A stretch of 64,000 bases of DNA from Spizellomyces punctatus DAOM BR117 (Eukaryota): NCBI GenBank assembly GCA_000182565.2, contig KQ257462.1; one strand, given 5' to 3'. Both the position numbers and the translations under genes were made by a program. Positions 37,477-52,335 of this stretch are shown here, in pieces (position 1 is the stretch's first letter; every line of letters begins with the position of its first letter). The notes beneath the pieces are model-generated. The model ran no database searches and was not told where the DNA came from. It worked only from the letters and a program-made list of their open reading frames with translations.

Positions 37477-40383
37477 ATGAAGCTGTTTAATAAGAACAAG
37501 GATAGGTTAGAACGACAAAACTCCAATCCGCTCTTAGCAGAGCAGGCACTGCAACGTAAGAATCCTGCTAAGAAAATAATTGAGCGGGGGCCGGAAGCTG
37601 CTCGTGAAGCGCATTGGCAGCCACCCCTTCAACGACACATAAAGCCTGATGATGGATCTGAATTTGTGACTATCCGAGTTCGCATCCTGAACGGTGATGC
37701 CGAACACGACTTCAACGCAAAGTTTCCAGCGGGGCAATTATTGGGTCAACGAGTCTGCAATATTATTGCCGATAGGGAGGGATTACCGCCAGAGGCCCGC
37801 AAAATGTTTGCTTTGTGGGTCGTTGGAAAGGATCTTGGTAAGTTTTGCGCAAATTCGCTGGAGGTACTTGCAGACATCTCAAAATAACTCTACTATATGT
37901 CTTCGTGTTCCAGAGCTTCAAGTTCAGCCCGATTTGGACATATTTTCCTTAATGAACAAGTGGAATACATTGTAATGATCTCCATCAACCTTGAGTTTCG
38001 AAAAGAATACTGACGTCGAATAACCTAACTTTAGAGTGTTGGATTTCACACATTACCCCGAAGCCATCGATCCCACGCATGCAATCAACCGACATTGGTT
38101 CGTTTACCGTCGAGAAGCGACAGTTACCAAAAGCTTTGAGCGCAGATTTACCGACGATCCAACTGTCCGATTGCTTTATGGCGAGGTGCGATTTTTGAGG
38201 AAGCTGGCTTGCCAAGCAAGTTTCCGAGCTGAATTGCAATTCCTCTAATCACAGGCCAAGCGCAACGTGATGACCGGCCGATATGTGTGCCCTTTAGAAG
38301 ATGCAGTCTCACTAGGTGGAATTATGTTAGCCCTTGCAACGGGACCTTACGATCGCTTGCGGCATCCGGACGGATATATTCTGTACGTATGCAACGTCTC
38401 CCGGCACAGGCATCTCACTTCCTCACTGAGTTTCGAATGTTTGCGTAACATTAGGAAAAACGATTATTGGAAAACCTTGATCCCAATGCGCTTACACGGA
38501 GAACTGAAGCCTCAGGAATGGGAAGATTGCCTGCGGAATGAGCACGGCAAGCATAAAGGACGACCAGTCGAGGCTCTTCGTATGATGTACGGATAGAAAT
38601 GATTGAGTAATGACTGGGCTGTCATTCATCTTATTCTTTTCCGCCCTGCTTTTAGGTATTTAGAGTTCGTCAGGGAATTTGCCTGTTATGGATGCTCCTT
38701 CTTCCCTTGCTGCAAGCTCCGACCTCCTGCCGGGTTTTTCGAGTTCCGCTTGCAAAGGTGGATGGTAGGGATCAGCACAGATGGTCTTGTGGTTTTGGAT
38801 CAGGACAAGAATGTAAGTACGTCTGTCACTTGTATCTTCAGTGCACCCATATCCAACTGTTCATGTATTATTAGGGGTATGCATTTGCAGAACAATGGGA
38901 GAATCTGACAGTTAAGAGGTCAACTGATCGGATCATCCTCCGATGGAAAGATAAGGAAACCGAGAAACCCAAAAAGTTGAAGCTCTTCACCCCACAAGCA
39001 CAGATGATCCAAAATTTGGCATTGCGTGCCAAGTACGTAGCATTGAAAACACAGCACGAGGCAGAAGAAAACGCTCGGAGCCCACTCGTTCCTGCTACGC
39101 CCGTGTCCGCTAGCAGTAGTTCAAACTCTACAGTTCAAACTCGCCGTGCATCGATACAAGCCAGTTCATTGGGCTCTGGCTCTGGGATCCAAGTGCGCGG
39201 ATTTACGTATGGTGATCCATCTGCCTCGGGATCCACCTCGCAAGGAATGCCACGGGGTGCATCGAACAGAGATATGAAGGGATGGGATATGCCACCTGTG
39301 TACGAGGATGCACTTAGGCGAAGCCAGCTTGATCTTGGTCCAGATATGACAAATGACCCGGGTAAATCTTATGTGTACGGAGCGCAGAAGCAACAGCCAG
39401 CAAGTTTTGAGGCCGCTCGGGTACGGCCTCCCTCACTCATTGTATCCAATGGTGAAGGGAGCAGCTATTCAACTGCCGCTGCTCATTTACCCCCTCGAAT
39501 GGAACAGTATGCGCACTTGATTGATGGAACTGGGCCAACAAGCGAGCTGGATGCGGTTGATGCGATGTTGGTGTCCGCCGTTGCAGATCTTGACAATTAT
39601 GCACCATCGGCCCCTCCATCCGCTCCGCCTATGGATGTTCTGAGTCCTCATGCGTACGCACAAACCCCTAATCCTGCTGGTATCCGCCAGTCAGTATCAA
39701 CAGGCAACGAAAGACCTGCGCTCTCATCATTTAGTCGATCCCCTTCTTCAAATGCAACACAACCGCTCAACACATTTGCTAATAGCCGCCGCCCATCGAT
39801 GATGGCTTTTACGGCCATGCAGGGACAAGCGGAAGATGCGTCTCGGGCACCCCAAAAGCAAGCTTTAGGAGCCTTCGCAAACGCCCGTAAACCGTCCATC
39901 ACCGCATTGTCCGCCTTCTCCCCGCCAGGGGCTGACAACGCCTTGGCTGATTCCTCGAGGTTGCAAGAATCTCCGCTTCAGCAACCGTCCCACCTTGGAC
40001 CGGCCGTACCCTCCAACCGCGGGCCGATCAGCCGTCGTGCGTCCATGCGTCAATCATCTTTTAGCGATGCCGCACATGCTATTCCTGAGACCTCAGTGTA
40101 CACATCTTCCTATGTCGCCGTCTCCCATACCCCCGACGTATTCACAGCCGTCGAAAATTCCGGCAGCCGACCATCTTCATTCCAAGCAGGGACATTCGGT
40201 CAGGCGCAAAGTAATATAAGTCGGGATACCTCCTTTAACTACCAGAAACCATCCATCACCCCATCTAGGTCGAGGAGTTCTAGTATTGTGAGCGCCATCG
40301 CAGGGGCTTTCAAAGACACTGGCGTCAGGAGAGGGGCGGACGCAGGACCTGATTTTGCAGCAGCTTTAAATCATTACCTATGA
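37477..40383 (+). CDS. FERM-domain protein (FRMD8-like) with Ser-rich disordered tail
   Basis: FALWVVGKDLELQVQP, LLYGEAKRNVMTGRYVC, YLEFVREFACYGCSFF, VGISTDGLVVLD, LFTPQAQMIQNL correspond to FERM F1/F2/F3 lobes. Confidence 0.75.
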
Positions 40384-40611
40384 GAACGGCAAGGCACACA
40401 CATATTGCTCCCACTATTGTGGTGATGATTCCGTATATTAGCTATTTCCAGGCTCATCTTGCCTGATCATAATGAACGCAATGCGCTGTGTGTAAATACA
40501 AAAGACTTATGCAAGGTTCTCTACATCAAATACAAATGAGTTGTAGACGGCCCATCCTAACCACCCAAACTATGCAAGGGTCTCGTTCGCTTCTATAAAC
40601 AGTGTCCGCCG

Positions 40612-43600
40612 TCACTCACTGAGCCGCCTTTCCTTCCCCGCCCAAAAAATCTTCTCCATGGTGTCGATCCGTGCCTTATCAACCGCCCCAGTCTTCCCGC
40701 CTAGCACTGCTCTCCAATTCCGTGTTTCCCCGCCCTCGTGCTCAACCCTCCGATGTTCACCTCGAGTCCACGTTGCACTACCCTCCGCATCCATACTGGT
40801 GTCAGAATCCACAGCGGCCTTCCAGCTTATTCGAGTTTCTCTGTTTCGTACACCAAACGGATCATATGTTTTCGAACTTCGCGCCGACGCGGGTAGTCGT
40901 GGCGGCTTTTGTGCTGCTTCCTCCAAAGCTGATGCCACAATTGTCCGACCGCGCGATACCGATGATGACGCTTTTGAGACTCCAACAGCTGCTGCAGCTG
41001 CCGCCATGCGGCGGTATGCAAGAATACTGTAGATGTCATCGTCGTCTGTTTCATTATTATCTTCATCGGGTACCATATCAATATTCTCCTTTTCTTCATC
41101 CCTCCCAAGACTTGCCCGTTGGTGAACCCGCAGATCCGGTGGAAGCAAAGACGGCGACTGGTATTCATCCGCGGCATCGTCTTTCTTCGGCAGACGGACC
41201 TTGATGTCCTCATGGTCATTCTCAGACACTGTTGATGTCACAATGCTATTCGCTAGCTGCTCGTCGACAGCGATAGTCTCATCATACTTCCCGTCCTCTG
41301 CATTGACGTCCGCCTCGGCGGTATCGAGCATATCAAAGTCATCCTCATAATCATCCTGACTGGCTGCAGCTTCTACTGCGTCCAGCCGCTTTGCTAATGT
41401 GGTCCAGGCCAGCGTTGTGACCTGCGAATCTGGCACCTGCTACAAAATGGAAGGAGGATGAAATTTCGAACCAATTCTTAGACTAGCAGATTCACTCTAG
41501 GCAATTACCTCATAGCCAATATCTGCTATCGTTGTACCTCCATCACTTGGCAGCACTTTAGTAGTGTCACCGACTGCAGAAGCCTCAACAGATCCAGAGC
41601 ATGCGTCGTTTGCCTGATTGCCCTCTACAGTCTGCTGTGAGACATGCACAGACTTATTAGGCTCAGATTCGTCCTGTTCATGAACGCTTTTCTCTTGAGC
41701 AATGTCAGCTTCTTCCAGCATCACTGGCTGCTGGTTCGTTATATCCCTACGGCTGCTAGTCTCTTCTTGCACCAGTTGTGCCTTTTCGGGCGAATGAATG
41801 TGGCTCTGCGCAATGACTTCAATTGGCCTGGATACTTCCTTGGAAGGTGTAGTCAAATAGGTCAATCGGAATTCCTCTTTCTCTTCGAGTCGGAAAGAAG
41901 CGGTATCGCTGAATGGGACGTCAGTGGCCAGGGCTTGCGCTTTCGATGGATCCGGACCTCGACATGCAGTCGAGGAATTGCCTGATTGGTACCCTGACTT
42001 TGCGGATGCTGGATGGGTGGGTGTTTCATTGCGTTCAAATCTTGGGTGTGCCTTCCAACTTGGGCTTGCAGTACTTCCCTCATCTGCAGGCAAGCTTCGA
42101 TCCGGCTCGAAATCTGCTACCTCTCTTTCAACGTCGTTCTGTTGTATCATTTCCGTCAAGTCAGTGCCACCGGTCTTCTCTTTCAGCTTTTGGTTAAGCT
42201 CCTCCAATTCTTCCATGGTCTTTTGTAAACTGCTTCGTAAGTTCCCTTCACTTCTTTCCTCAGACGCATTCCTGCTTTTACTGGGTGACATCTTGGCGCG
42301 ATCATTGCCTTGGGCTCCCTCCGCAACATCAACGGCCCGCACTTCGACTTGTCTATGCTCCCACTTATGCCCTGTCCAGACCCAGGTATCAACGCTCTGC
42401 GGGTTGGTCACAGCCGTCGAGTCAAGTGAAGAGGAGCATAGTCCAGCATACGCACCAATGCTTTCGCCTGTTGGGATTTGCCGAACAGAAGTGGCGATAC
42501 CAGCTGGCGTAACGTCATCTACTGCTTTACCACATGCAGCCTCTAGAGGCCTTCGACCAGTAGCCTTGATGCTCCTCGAGGAATGTCTCTTCTCCTGATA
42601 CCCCGTGAGCTCTCTAAGCACGGCTCCTACATTTTCCAGTGGGTGTACCTTGATCAATAACTGCCCTTTCGACACTCCTCTTCCGTCCAAGATATGATAC
42701 CATCCATTGATCTCCTTCAATCCTCCAAAGAGACTCCCCAGGTCAACGCGTGCTGTACCAAGTAGCTCAGATCGCGTCTCATCGTTAATCTCTGGCTTAT
42801 CTCGCCCAGCATGTTGGCGACTAACATTGACATTGGGTGCATGCCATACTTTGAAAATGATAGCTTTCTCATATTTCAGCATTTTGAGAGCCTTTTCAGA
42901 GCGCTCTTGGGACACTGAAACTGTGACGTTCCAAGTTGGAGACCTCTGGGCAGTGGCAACATGGGTCCGCAGTGTTTGACCAGATAAGTCTTCCTGCTTG
43001 TCGCTTCCTGACCAGTCGAAGGTCACATAGGCATTTGGTAAGACGGTTTGTTTCTCGTTTTGGGAAACAAAAGGCGAGGCGAGATATTCAGCAAAGGGAT
43101 CAGCCATCAGTGGCAAGTGAAGAGCTCGTTCCACGGTGATCTCAACAGGAATTCCTGGTGATTGATGTTGCGCGCCACCCGGAGACAATTGGCCTCGTGC
43201 TCCTAGATCTGTCATGCGGCCTGGAGGGGAGCGACCGATTCCTTGGCTGGATGGAAGTTGTGCAGAAGACCTCGAGATGGGTGGTGGATCCCGGACTTTG
43301 GATGGGGACACTGGTGACATTGAAATTCGCACGGTGACCGAGGCGCCCATGAGATCCGGACTTTTCGGATTGATCAATGGAAATGATCCTTCCACCAGCC
43401 ACTCGGCTTCGCTTTTCGTGCGTGTCATCTGTCGCCCTCGCCTCCGCTGAGAGTGGCGAGCCTTGCTCACCAGATCGTGCAGGTCAATGTAGGCAGTCCC
43501 GATCAACGTGTCGCCTTCGCCTTCTTCCCCCCTTTGCCTAACTTCCATGTTCAATTCTCGTTCCCGGAACCATCGGATAACCGCTTGCGTCATCTCGATG

Positions 43601-46600
43601 TCGACACTTTTGCTATATGACATCTCGACAGTTGTTAAGCGATCTGGATGAACAGGACTTTTACTGGGTACTGCGGGCGATTCCTCCTCCTCAATGCGCA
43701 GGCCTTGTTCATCTTCTGTAGGTACCGGATATTTCCATCGAACATAAAGTTGACGTCCCGCTTGCGTTTCGGTGAGGTTTCCCTTCTGCTGCAAGTAGTG
43801 TTTGACAACATCTAGGTGATTCAGATGCAATTGCAGCTTCGACACGCCAACCTTCAAACGGGACCACCATCCAAGACCACGCGTCGCATCCACCCCTTCT
43901 ACAACATGGCCGAACTCAAATCCTGTGCGAAACCGCATTGACAGCTTGATAGCCGCTTCGACCTTTCCTGGGTCACTTCTTTCAAACCTCACTGGTACCC
44001 AGGTCCCATCTATTCCATTAGGTCGACTGAGCAGAGCGCCGAGTGGCAGGCTGAAGGTTCCTAGCAAGAAATCTTCCCCATCCTCTTGATCCGTGACCTC
44101 CCCAGGGACGTGATGCCAAATCTCACCCCGAGCCTCCCCACCCTTTCTAATCCATCGGAGAAGATTTGTGTCAACTCCCCGGATGGTCAACGTAGCAGTG
44201 TGTTCATATTCCGGTGTAAACGTCTGGGCCACAATTGGTGAGATAATAATAGCATCACCGTCAAAACCTTCATCCTCATTTGAATTTTGGTTTGTGATTA
44301 CTTGTACACTCTCCGGAAATGGGTGAAAGCGCACGTATGAGTTGGGCCCGATTTCTTTTGCGAAATCCAGTGGAGTGTATTCCTGTATATATTTGCTACT
44401 TTGAGCAGCTATGAGTCGCCTGACAAGTGCCCGTAACCCACACGCCCGATGGATGCTGATCTCAATCTGGCACTCTGTCGGTATGTCATTCCGTGACACG
44501 TCCTCAGCAGTGATGGTAGGCGAATCTGGAGAATCAGTCTCTACAGTGACATGTCGTGGTCGCACCCTGGCAGCGTCTCTTCTCCTCGACCGCCGACTAT
44601 CTTGTCCACGACCCGCTTGCCGTTTCCGAGCCATCTGTACTTCCGAGAGATCCTCGTCATCAGCGATTTCGGAAGCACGCGATACTTTTCGAACTCGTCT
44701 AATTTGATCCCAATTACCCAACGCCAGAAATGACCTGATCCAGCCTTTAGCAGTGCCGCTGAAGGGATCCGTTACCACGTACTCTGCTTCGGGTATCATG
44801 ACAGGCATGTCTTGCCCCGAAAATGATGCGCCTTGGTTTTGCTGCAAGGTGGCAGCCATTGTGCCAAGTAAATGATGAAATGGCAATCGCATCAAGCCTA
44901 ACAGCTTTGCTCCTCTATCCGTATGGTCAGCAAGTGCGTTACGTGCATTGAGCATCGATGAGGACTTTAGGCTGTCACCGTCAATCACCCATACCTCTAC
45001 GATTAGTGGCGTCTCTCGGTGCGAGTCAATAAACTCCTGCGTCACTGCCAGCGGTAGTGTGTATGAGAACGCAAAGTTGGGAGGGGAATTCAAGCGTCCG
45101 TTGGTGAGATCAAAAGGTGGACTGTATGAGATGGGAGGGGTCTCAATCGGAGGAGTGGTGGCAGAGAACAACCGAATCACGAGATAGAGAAGCGTGCTGT
45201 TGCCTTCGAAAGTTGGTAAAATGGATAGTGACCGGGCTGTAGATATATGAAGATGAAGATAATATGGCGTGACAGGTGGTAGCTGCGATTCACCATCATG
45301 AATCAAGCGCGGTTCAGAGTCTTGAACTGGCTCCATTTCATCATCCGGCTTCTCCGGATTTCGACCATGAAAAGCTGAGGTATAGGTTGGTCTCGCATCA
45401 GGTTTTGATAATGTGACCCGATCACTAGCCAATTGAACCTTCATAATCAGATATCCAATTAGATGACGATGATCTCGTTGGCTTGACCGACGTTTCCCGA
45501 TATTCGGTATCATAGGCTTGCGTTTGCCTCCAACACCACCTGTTTCACTTGACCATACAGGTATTCTTCCGCTCCACGTAAAATTGGTAGCGTTCAGTAC
45601 ATCATCACACTTGAGAATACCAGCAGCCGTCCAAAGTTTCTGATGTGGCACTGTCCCGTTCCGACTCGCAGGTGCAAAGAATGATTTTCTCTCCGCTACA
45701 ACCTGGACCTCGATGTCCTGCATATTCCACAATTCAACTGTGGTGGAATTGAAGGTATATGGAAAACGTTCCTGATGATCAAATTCCAGGACATACATAG
45801 GCGGATCATCTGACTCAACCAAGGACCGTCGACTTGCATTGCGAGATACAGTTAGACGCGGAACAGTTTTACTGGAAGCCTTTACGGTTGTATCAGTGCC
45901 CGTTCCCGGAAGCCGGTACTCAACAAAATATGTAGCTGATGCATGCGGCAATACGTCAGGCACCAATTCTAGGCCTCGAATTGTGATCTCCACATAATCG
46001 ACACGTCCAAGCGATGTCAGCTTATTCACCGACAGATCGTTCTGGACATGGTTGCCGCCGCCCATTGGTACTGCAGATTTTCTCGACTGGTTCTTCCAAT
46101 TCCTATCAAATAAAGCCCTTCGTTTGCGCTCATCGTCACTCATATCAGAGACTTCATCCTCTGAATCGCTGCTAAACCTCTCCTCCGTCCGGGTCCTCGT
46201 ATCCAGATTACCGTCGTGCACATGTTCACTAGACGATTCTCGTGCCCTTCGTTCAATGAAACTCTTCCCACTGGCTGAGTTGAGGGCTTCAATAATGAGA
46301 TCGTCATCAAAAAGATCGGATTCAGACTCTTCGATGCCAATACTGTGTGAAAGCAGACCGTCATCGTCCGCCAACAGGCCGGCCACTTCGGCTGATATAG
46401 TATCTAGGTTATCAGCGTCATCTAATTCATCTCCTAGCGCCCGGAGAACATCCGCTTCATTTGCATTTGGAGATTTAGGTATATTTGTTGGATCAACCAT
46501 ATTTAACGGGGTTTCAGGGTTGCCACCAGTGGATGTTTGTGGTTCAATAACCTCTTTCTCATGTATAGGAATGCTGCGCGATGACGTTAAGCTACGTCCT

Positions 46601-47604
46601 TCGCTCTGGCCAGGTGGTCGAATCTCTCTTTTCGCATCCATACCTTTCACCTCTCCGCTATCGTCTCTTGGCGACACCACCCGTAATGTTTCGATATTAA
46701 CCGAAGCCCGATGCGAGTCATCAATAACCTCTGCTTCTGCTTCATCAAGGTGTTTTAACAATAATGGTGGTTCGGGTAGAACTGATGATCCAGTCGTCTC
46801 AGTGCTTCGCGACAAAAAGGTATTTTCAGGATGATTCCGATCCGTTGGTGGGCCCGGTGGTTCACGTGGTTGGTGCTGAAGCAGCGAGCTGTCGTCCTGC
46901 TCGTTTCCCAGGTCAAAGATTCCGTGTGGAGCCTGGGTATAATGGCGATTCAGTTTTACTTGCCCACTGCCGTCATAGTTGGGTAGCGCCGTTTCAAGCA
47001 TCATCGCCAGATGCAACTCGCCCAGTTTACGTGGCTGCCCTTTGTCTGTGAAGAAATCGCTGTTACTTGGACTCTTCTCCACCACGGGAAAGAATCCGTT
47101 GATAGGTCTGGAGGGTTCATCAACTAAAATGGAAAGATCGTGGACTTTGACTTCAGCGGCCACCCTATCATGAACAATCACCAGTAACAGCAGCGACCCC
47201 ATATCCCGAAAGTAAGCACGTAACTGCCGCTTGGAACATCGGACGGGATAATGTACAGTATTTCGTCCCGGAGAGGATGTGGTCGTGACCGGACTTGACC
47301 ACGTCTTTGCTCTTATTGGAGGGACCGGAATTGAGGAAGATGGCTTGGAAGGAGACATGCGCGTGCGACCTCCAACGCTTTGCGGAGAAAATATTGTACC
47401 AGGTCCGTCCTCGCCCCACCAATGTAATCGAACTCGCGGCAAGGAAGCAGTGCTGCTTCGCTCTGGTGAGGGTGGGTTGGTCCATACGAGCTTGGAGACT
47501 GTAACGGACAGAAAATAGCGGACAGGACCGACCACTTTGGGAGGAAGTGACAGGGGCGGTGGTGGAGGAGGAAGGTTTGAAGTGGCTGCAGCTAAAATGG
47601 GCAT
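40612..47604 (-). CDS. C2CD3: C2CD3-like multi-C2-domain centriole/basal-body protein (two exons)
   Basis: VRLHWWGEDGPG..YPVRCSKRQLRAYFRDMG (C2CD3 N-terminal C2), YFVEY, IHRACGL, TVERALHLP, INGWYHILD..GQLLIKVHP. Intron ~41437-41508. Confidence 0.85.
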
Positions 47605-48990
47605 GGAGGATAGTGATGTGCCCTAATAAAATAACCGATCAACACAAGGGCATCCGTCGGTCTTTACACAGATAACCTATCGGGTGGCAGTGCTTTCACC
47701 CATACTTCTTTCGTGAACATCATCATACCTATGCAATTCAGTGGTTATGTGGTTCACTTGTAAACATGCGCTGCTCATTCATAAAGAATCCGCGTTCCAG
47801 AGCAAGATGGTGAGCGATGCACGACATCAGCACGCCCAATAGTATCAGTGGCTGTTGCTTGCGATATTTGCGCGTTGCTGCGGTGGCAGACGCATGTCAG
47901 GAGCAGGAAACGCTCCTTTGTAGGCAAGTCAAAGCACGCGAGAGTGCCAGTTCGGAGTGGTGCATGTCCGGTAGCTTCGAACGCACGTAAGCACCCAAAA
48001 CGCGACATGGCGACGGAACGACGGCGGTCACGAGAAGTGCTGAGTAAGCAGCTGGATTTTGGACGAGATTGAGGGAAAACCGCCTGTCCGTCAAAGCTCT
48101 TTGATGTAAGACCTTACGGTAGACTTTGGACCTAGTAGGCAGCGTATTGCAGGTATTCAGAGGAGTAGAAGGACGTTGATCATCGTTACGCGACATTCTC
48201 AAAGTCGGCGCGTACTTTGCATTTGGACTTGTCTACCTCAGAAAGTCAACTTGAGACATGACCCACACAACCGCCGACGCACTTCTTCCAGCCCGATTTC
48301 TGACAACAATTGCCCACTTTATCACGACGCTCATGGTGTTCTTTACAAAGGTACAAAGCTAATGCCTGTATGGTTGGTGGGTTTTAATGAATATTCGCCA
48401 GGATATATATGTTCGTGCCGCGTTGCCAATTGGAGACTCCAGCCAATACGCGAGTTACGATAACTCGTAAGTAACAATTAAATTGGTGAGCGTGAATGAC
48501 TCCATCTCATGGAATTACCAGTTTAACTGCAGCACTGGCTTTATCCTGGGTATGCTTTGCGATCGAGCTTTTTGGTTTGTTTTCGGGAATGACAACGTTC
48601 AATCAAGGGGCCGGGACCTTGTGTAAGGAAACTAAAGTATGCAATTTGACAGGGATTTTCTAATAAATCTTCATAGATCTATGGGCGCACACAGCCGGAA
48701 TCATCGCTCTCATTTTTTTTGTCCTTGAAGGTTGGCATTACATGATATATTGGTACATTTTCACATTTTGCAGGTACAGTTGGCTGTCGTTGGCGCGAAC
48801 AGCAAAGATGATACTCAATATACAATTTTCAGTGCACTGCCTGCATTGATAGAAACCGGTCTGCTTTTGCTAGTAACACTACTTCGAGTCAATCAATACT
48901 AGGAAACGAACGAAACCAGAATGTCATTGATAATATACATAGCGTGTGTAGACAAAGCCAAACCCCTCGCTACAGGAAAGTGTCGTGGAA

Positions 48991-50602
48991 TTATTTCTTT
49001 TTAGCTTGCACCTGGCCTGCTTTGAAGTCTAATCACATGAAGACAACATCCATGAGTTAATGGAGGATACCAACCACGTGAACCTAACATCCAGCACTTA
49101 CAGAGTATGTCCCCATCCTGAACTATGTAATCCTTTCCTTTTTGAACATACTTTCCGCCTGCTTTTACTGCGGCCTCGGAGCCCAGCTCCTTCAAATCAT
49201 CGTACTTCATCACTTCAGCCATAATGAAAGCCTATAGAAAGGGGCCGAAAGCACGTGTCAGCAAACATGTATCTCACCCAGATGAGCAAATGGTCCGCAC
49301 CTTTTCAAAATCGGTGTGAATGGTACCAGCTGAAAAAGATAGCGATCAACAATGCATTTATCGCTCACAAGGTACAGAACTGTTCCCCTTACCAGCTTGC
49401 GGAGCTTTAGTATTCTTCCGTATCGTCCATGCCCGAACTTCGTCAGGCCCTCCAGTGAAGACTGAAAGCACTAATCAGCGACATCCCAACAGGGTGACGG
49501 AATTCTTCCAAACTCACAGTAAACTAATTGCAGAGCGTTGTATCCAGCAACTATGATTTTCGGTAGTACAGAGACAACAGGGGCTGGGCTTTCGTACTTC
49601 TGTTGTAATTCTTTAAGATATGCCTCTTTTTCCTCTGGTGTCATGGACGTGAGCTTCATTTCCAAGGCGCCAGAGTAAGGTATCAACAAATCGCCAGGAT
49701 GATTTTCATCGATCCAAGCCTTGATCTTCGGCAACCACTTGTTCTTCTTGCGGACGTAGTCGCGTTCGCTCAAGTTACACTGATTAATCGCTGTTAGGTA
49801 CGTTCGCAGTATGAGTGTATTCGTTCAAATGGAGATCTTACCAGGTACACCACAGGCTTAGCAGTGATGAGTTGCAATGTGTTGATGATTTCAATTTCTT
49901 TTCCATTCCATTCGCCGTCTCTCACATCCTTTTTGTCATCGACAACTAATTTATGAACCTTTTGAATGATCTCGAACTCTTCTTTCTTCGCCTTATCCGC
50001 AGCGCCTCCACCCTTGCCCAATCGGTTCACTTCCCTGCTTCTAGATTCCACCTGCTTAGTCAAGTATTCTTCGTCTTTCAGTCGCAATTCTTCATGGATG
50101 ATGGCAAGATCTCTCACTGGATCTAACTCGCCTTCGACATGAATGACTTCGGCATCATCGAAAGCGCGTAAAAGATGGAATATGCCATCCACGGCCTTGA
50201 TGTGACTCAAGAAAGCGTTTCCCAGCCCTTGCCCTTCTGCGGCACCCTTTACAAGACCAGCAATATCAGTTACGGTAAGATAGGCAGGAACCTTCGAGGC
50301 CGGCTTGTAAAACTCGCACAACCAATCGAATCGAGGGTCAGGAACGGCTACGCGTGCTTCAGAAGGGTCGATGGTACAGAATGGAAAGTTTTCAGCAGCT
50401 ACTGCGCTGTTCGTCAAGGCGTTGAAGAAAGACGATTTGCCAACGTTGGGCAAGCCAACAATACCCTAATGTTTTGAACCACGTTCAGGTGAGGCCAGCC
50501 TACAGCGCTAAGGAATTCTCCATGAAATACCATCTTGAGGTTATTGCTGGGCCTTCCCAACAACGGCTTCTCTGTCGTTTCCTGCTTCTTCTTCGGTGGC
50601 AT
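48991..50602 (-). CDS. OLA1: Obg-like ATPase Ola1/YchF
   Basis: [69 protein letters not shown]. Confidence 0.95.
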
Positions 50603-50674
50603 GTCAAAATATTGTAATATGGGCAACAACCGATGGCCAATGATCTCGACAGCAGCATTCGAAGTGTTTTTGCT

Positions 50675-50688
50675 GTTGCCATGGTCAC
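50675..50688. promoter_or_regulatory. X-box (RFX)-like motif in the OLA1/ETT1 divergent promoter
   Basis: GTTGCCATGGTCAC versus consensus GTTNCCATGGNAAC. Confidence 0.35.
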
Positions 50689-50758
50689 CATCCACTTTGA
50701 CTTCAAGTTGACTTTGTTAATTGGAAGATAACTTAAGTTATTAACAAATTAACTCACC

Positions 50759-52335
50759 ATGGAAAATAAGAAACGCCCCCGCGGTCTGAAGAAGTCGCTT
50801 GCACAAGACAAGGAGCAGCAGAAGAAGCGCATAAAGCAGGACATCCCGGACGGAGCAGCTCCAAACCCAGAACAGGACTCACAATTGCGTACTGTGGCTA
50901 TCACTTCCGAGGACCCTGACGAGATATCAATATTGAAGTCATTATACGATGCGGCAGTAGCAAAACAAGGTGCGTATAGCCGTATGAAAGTGTGAAGCTC
51001 GACCTCTTGTTGACAGAGGGTCTTCGTTATATTCCCCCCCCCCCCCCCTTTTTTTTTCTATCTCTCCTTATTTTTGGCTTTTCTTAATAGAGAGTGCCGA
51101 TCTGGAAGGAGCCGTCGACCTATTTAGGGGTTGTATTCATGAGTGTGACAAAATCCTTCGCATTCGATGTGGGGAGGTTCTCCATACAATCGATGAAAAG
51201 GGAGAAGATGGATCTTTGGAAAAGAAAGAAACGGGACCACTACCTCCTGCGTTTTATCTTGTGTATGGCAATGCCCTAGCCCAATTGGGACTTCTTAGTT
51301 TGAAAGAGGACGAGACAGCAACAGAAGCCTTAAATGATCATCTGGAGGCAGCCCTCGAGCGTCTGGAACGCGGCCTTGAGCGCGCACGAGAAGACGGTAT
51401 CTCACCGCCATTACGCTTACGGATTTCACTCGGAAAAGTTTGCCTTTTGTTGGTCAGTTAGAGCCAGCGTCCTCATGACATGCATTATTACGCCCTGGAT
51501 CCTGATTCTATGGATAGGCTTCAAATATGCTGCAGAGTGGTAGTGCCAGAGAAGGCGAGGAGAAAGTCACACGTCTCGCTGATCGCGCCGCAGAGGAATT
51601 CAAGGTTAACTTCAACTCGATCACCGACTCGGATAAAGACGAGGATATATTGGAAGCAGGAGCTGCTAGCCAAAGATATGCGGATTTACTTCAAGAGCTT
51701 CAAGGTCGCCAGGGCTGGAATGACATTGCCACAGCGCTATTCCAAAAGCTTCTTGAAGGTAAGAAGTATATCAGCAGATTTTGAAGAGCCATCAATGTTG
51801 AGTGAGTATGCTTTACAGTAAATCCAAGCTCTGTCGATGCGAGTATTGGTATTGGCGCATGTCAACTCTCTATGGCGAACTATTATTTGGAGAAAATGGA
51901 CGATGGGGATGAAGTAGATGGTGAACTAATCATCGGCCCCCTGAAAGAAGGTAAATCCATAGTTTAGCGCTCAGCATATGTCATTTATTAAGGTCCTTTC
52001 CATTAGCGCTTTCCCAATTTGAAAGCGCACAGCAACAGTCCAAAGACGCTGACACAGTCCATGTTCCTCTGGCGTGCTTGGTAATGATACCTTCTAAAAT
52101 CCCTCTACTTGACGTTACCACCCTACTAACCGGTGATCTAATATAGATGGGAGAGACTCTTGTGAATCTCGGCAATCTTTACGATGACACCGATGCGGAT
52201 AAGGCTGAGGATTACTGGAAGAATGCCATCAAGTGCTTTCGCAAGGTACAAGAAGTGGACCCGGAAGCCCTACCCGAGCAGTTCAAAGACTTTGTTGATG
52301 AATGGGAGAAGGACCTGGATGAAAGCCAGGAATAG
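50759..52335 (+). CDS. ETT1: Ett1/Nro1-like protein (enhancer of translation termination / negative regulator of Ofd1), TPR-like
   Basis: N-terminal KKRPRGLKK, GCIHECDKILR, FYLVYGNALAQLG..ALERLERGL, GETLVNLGNLYD. Confidence 0.72.

Noticed and set aside
46052-46834. 260-aa plus-strand ORF (also 41924-42598)
   Set aside because: Antisense to C2CD3 with no recognisable motifs.
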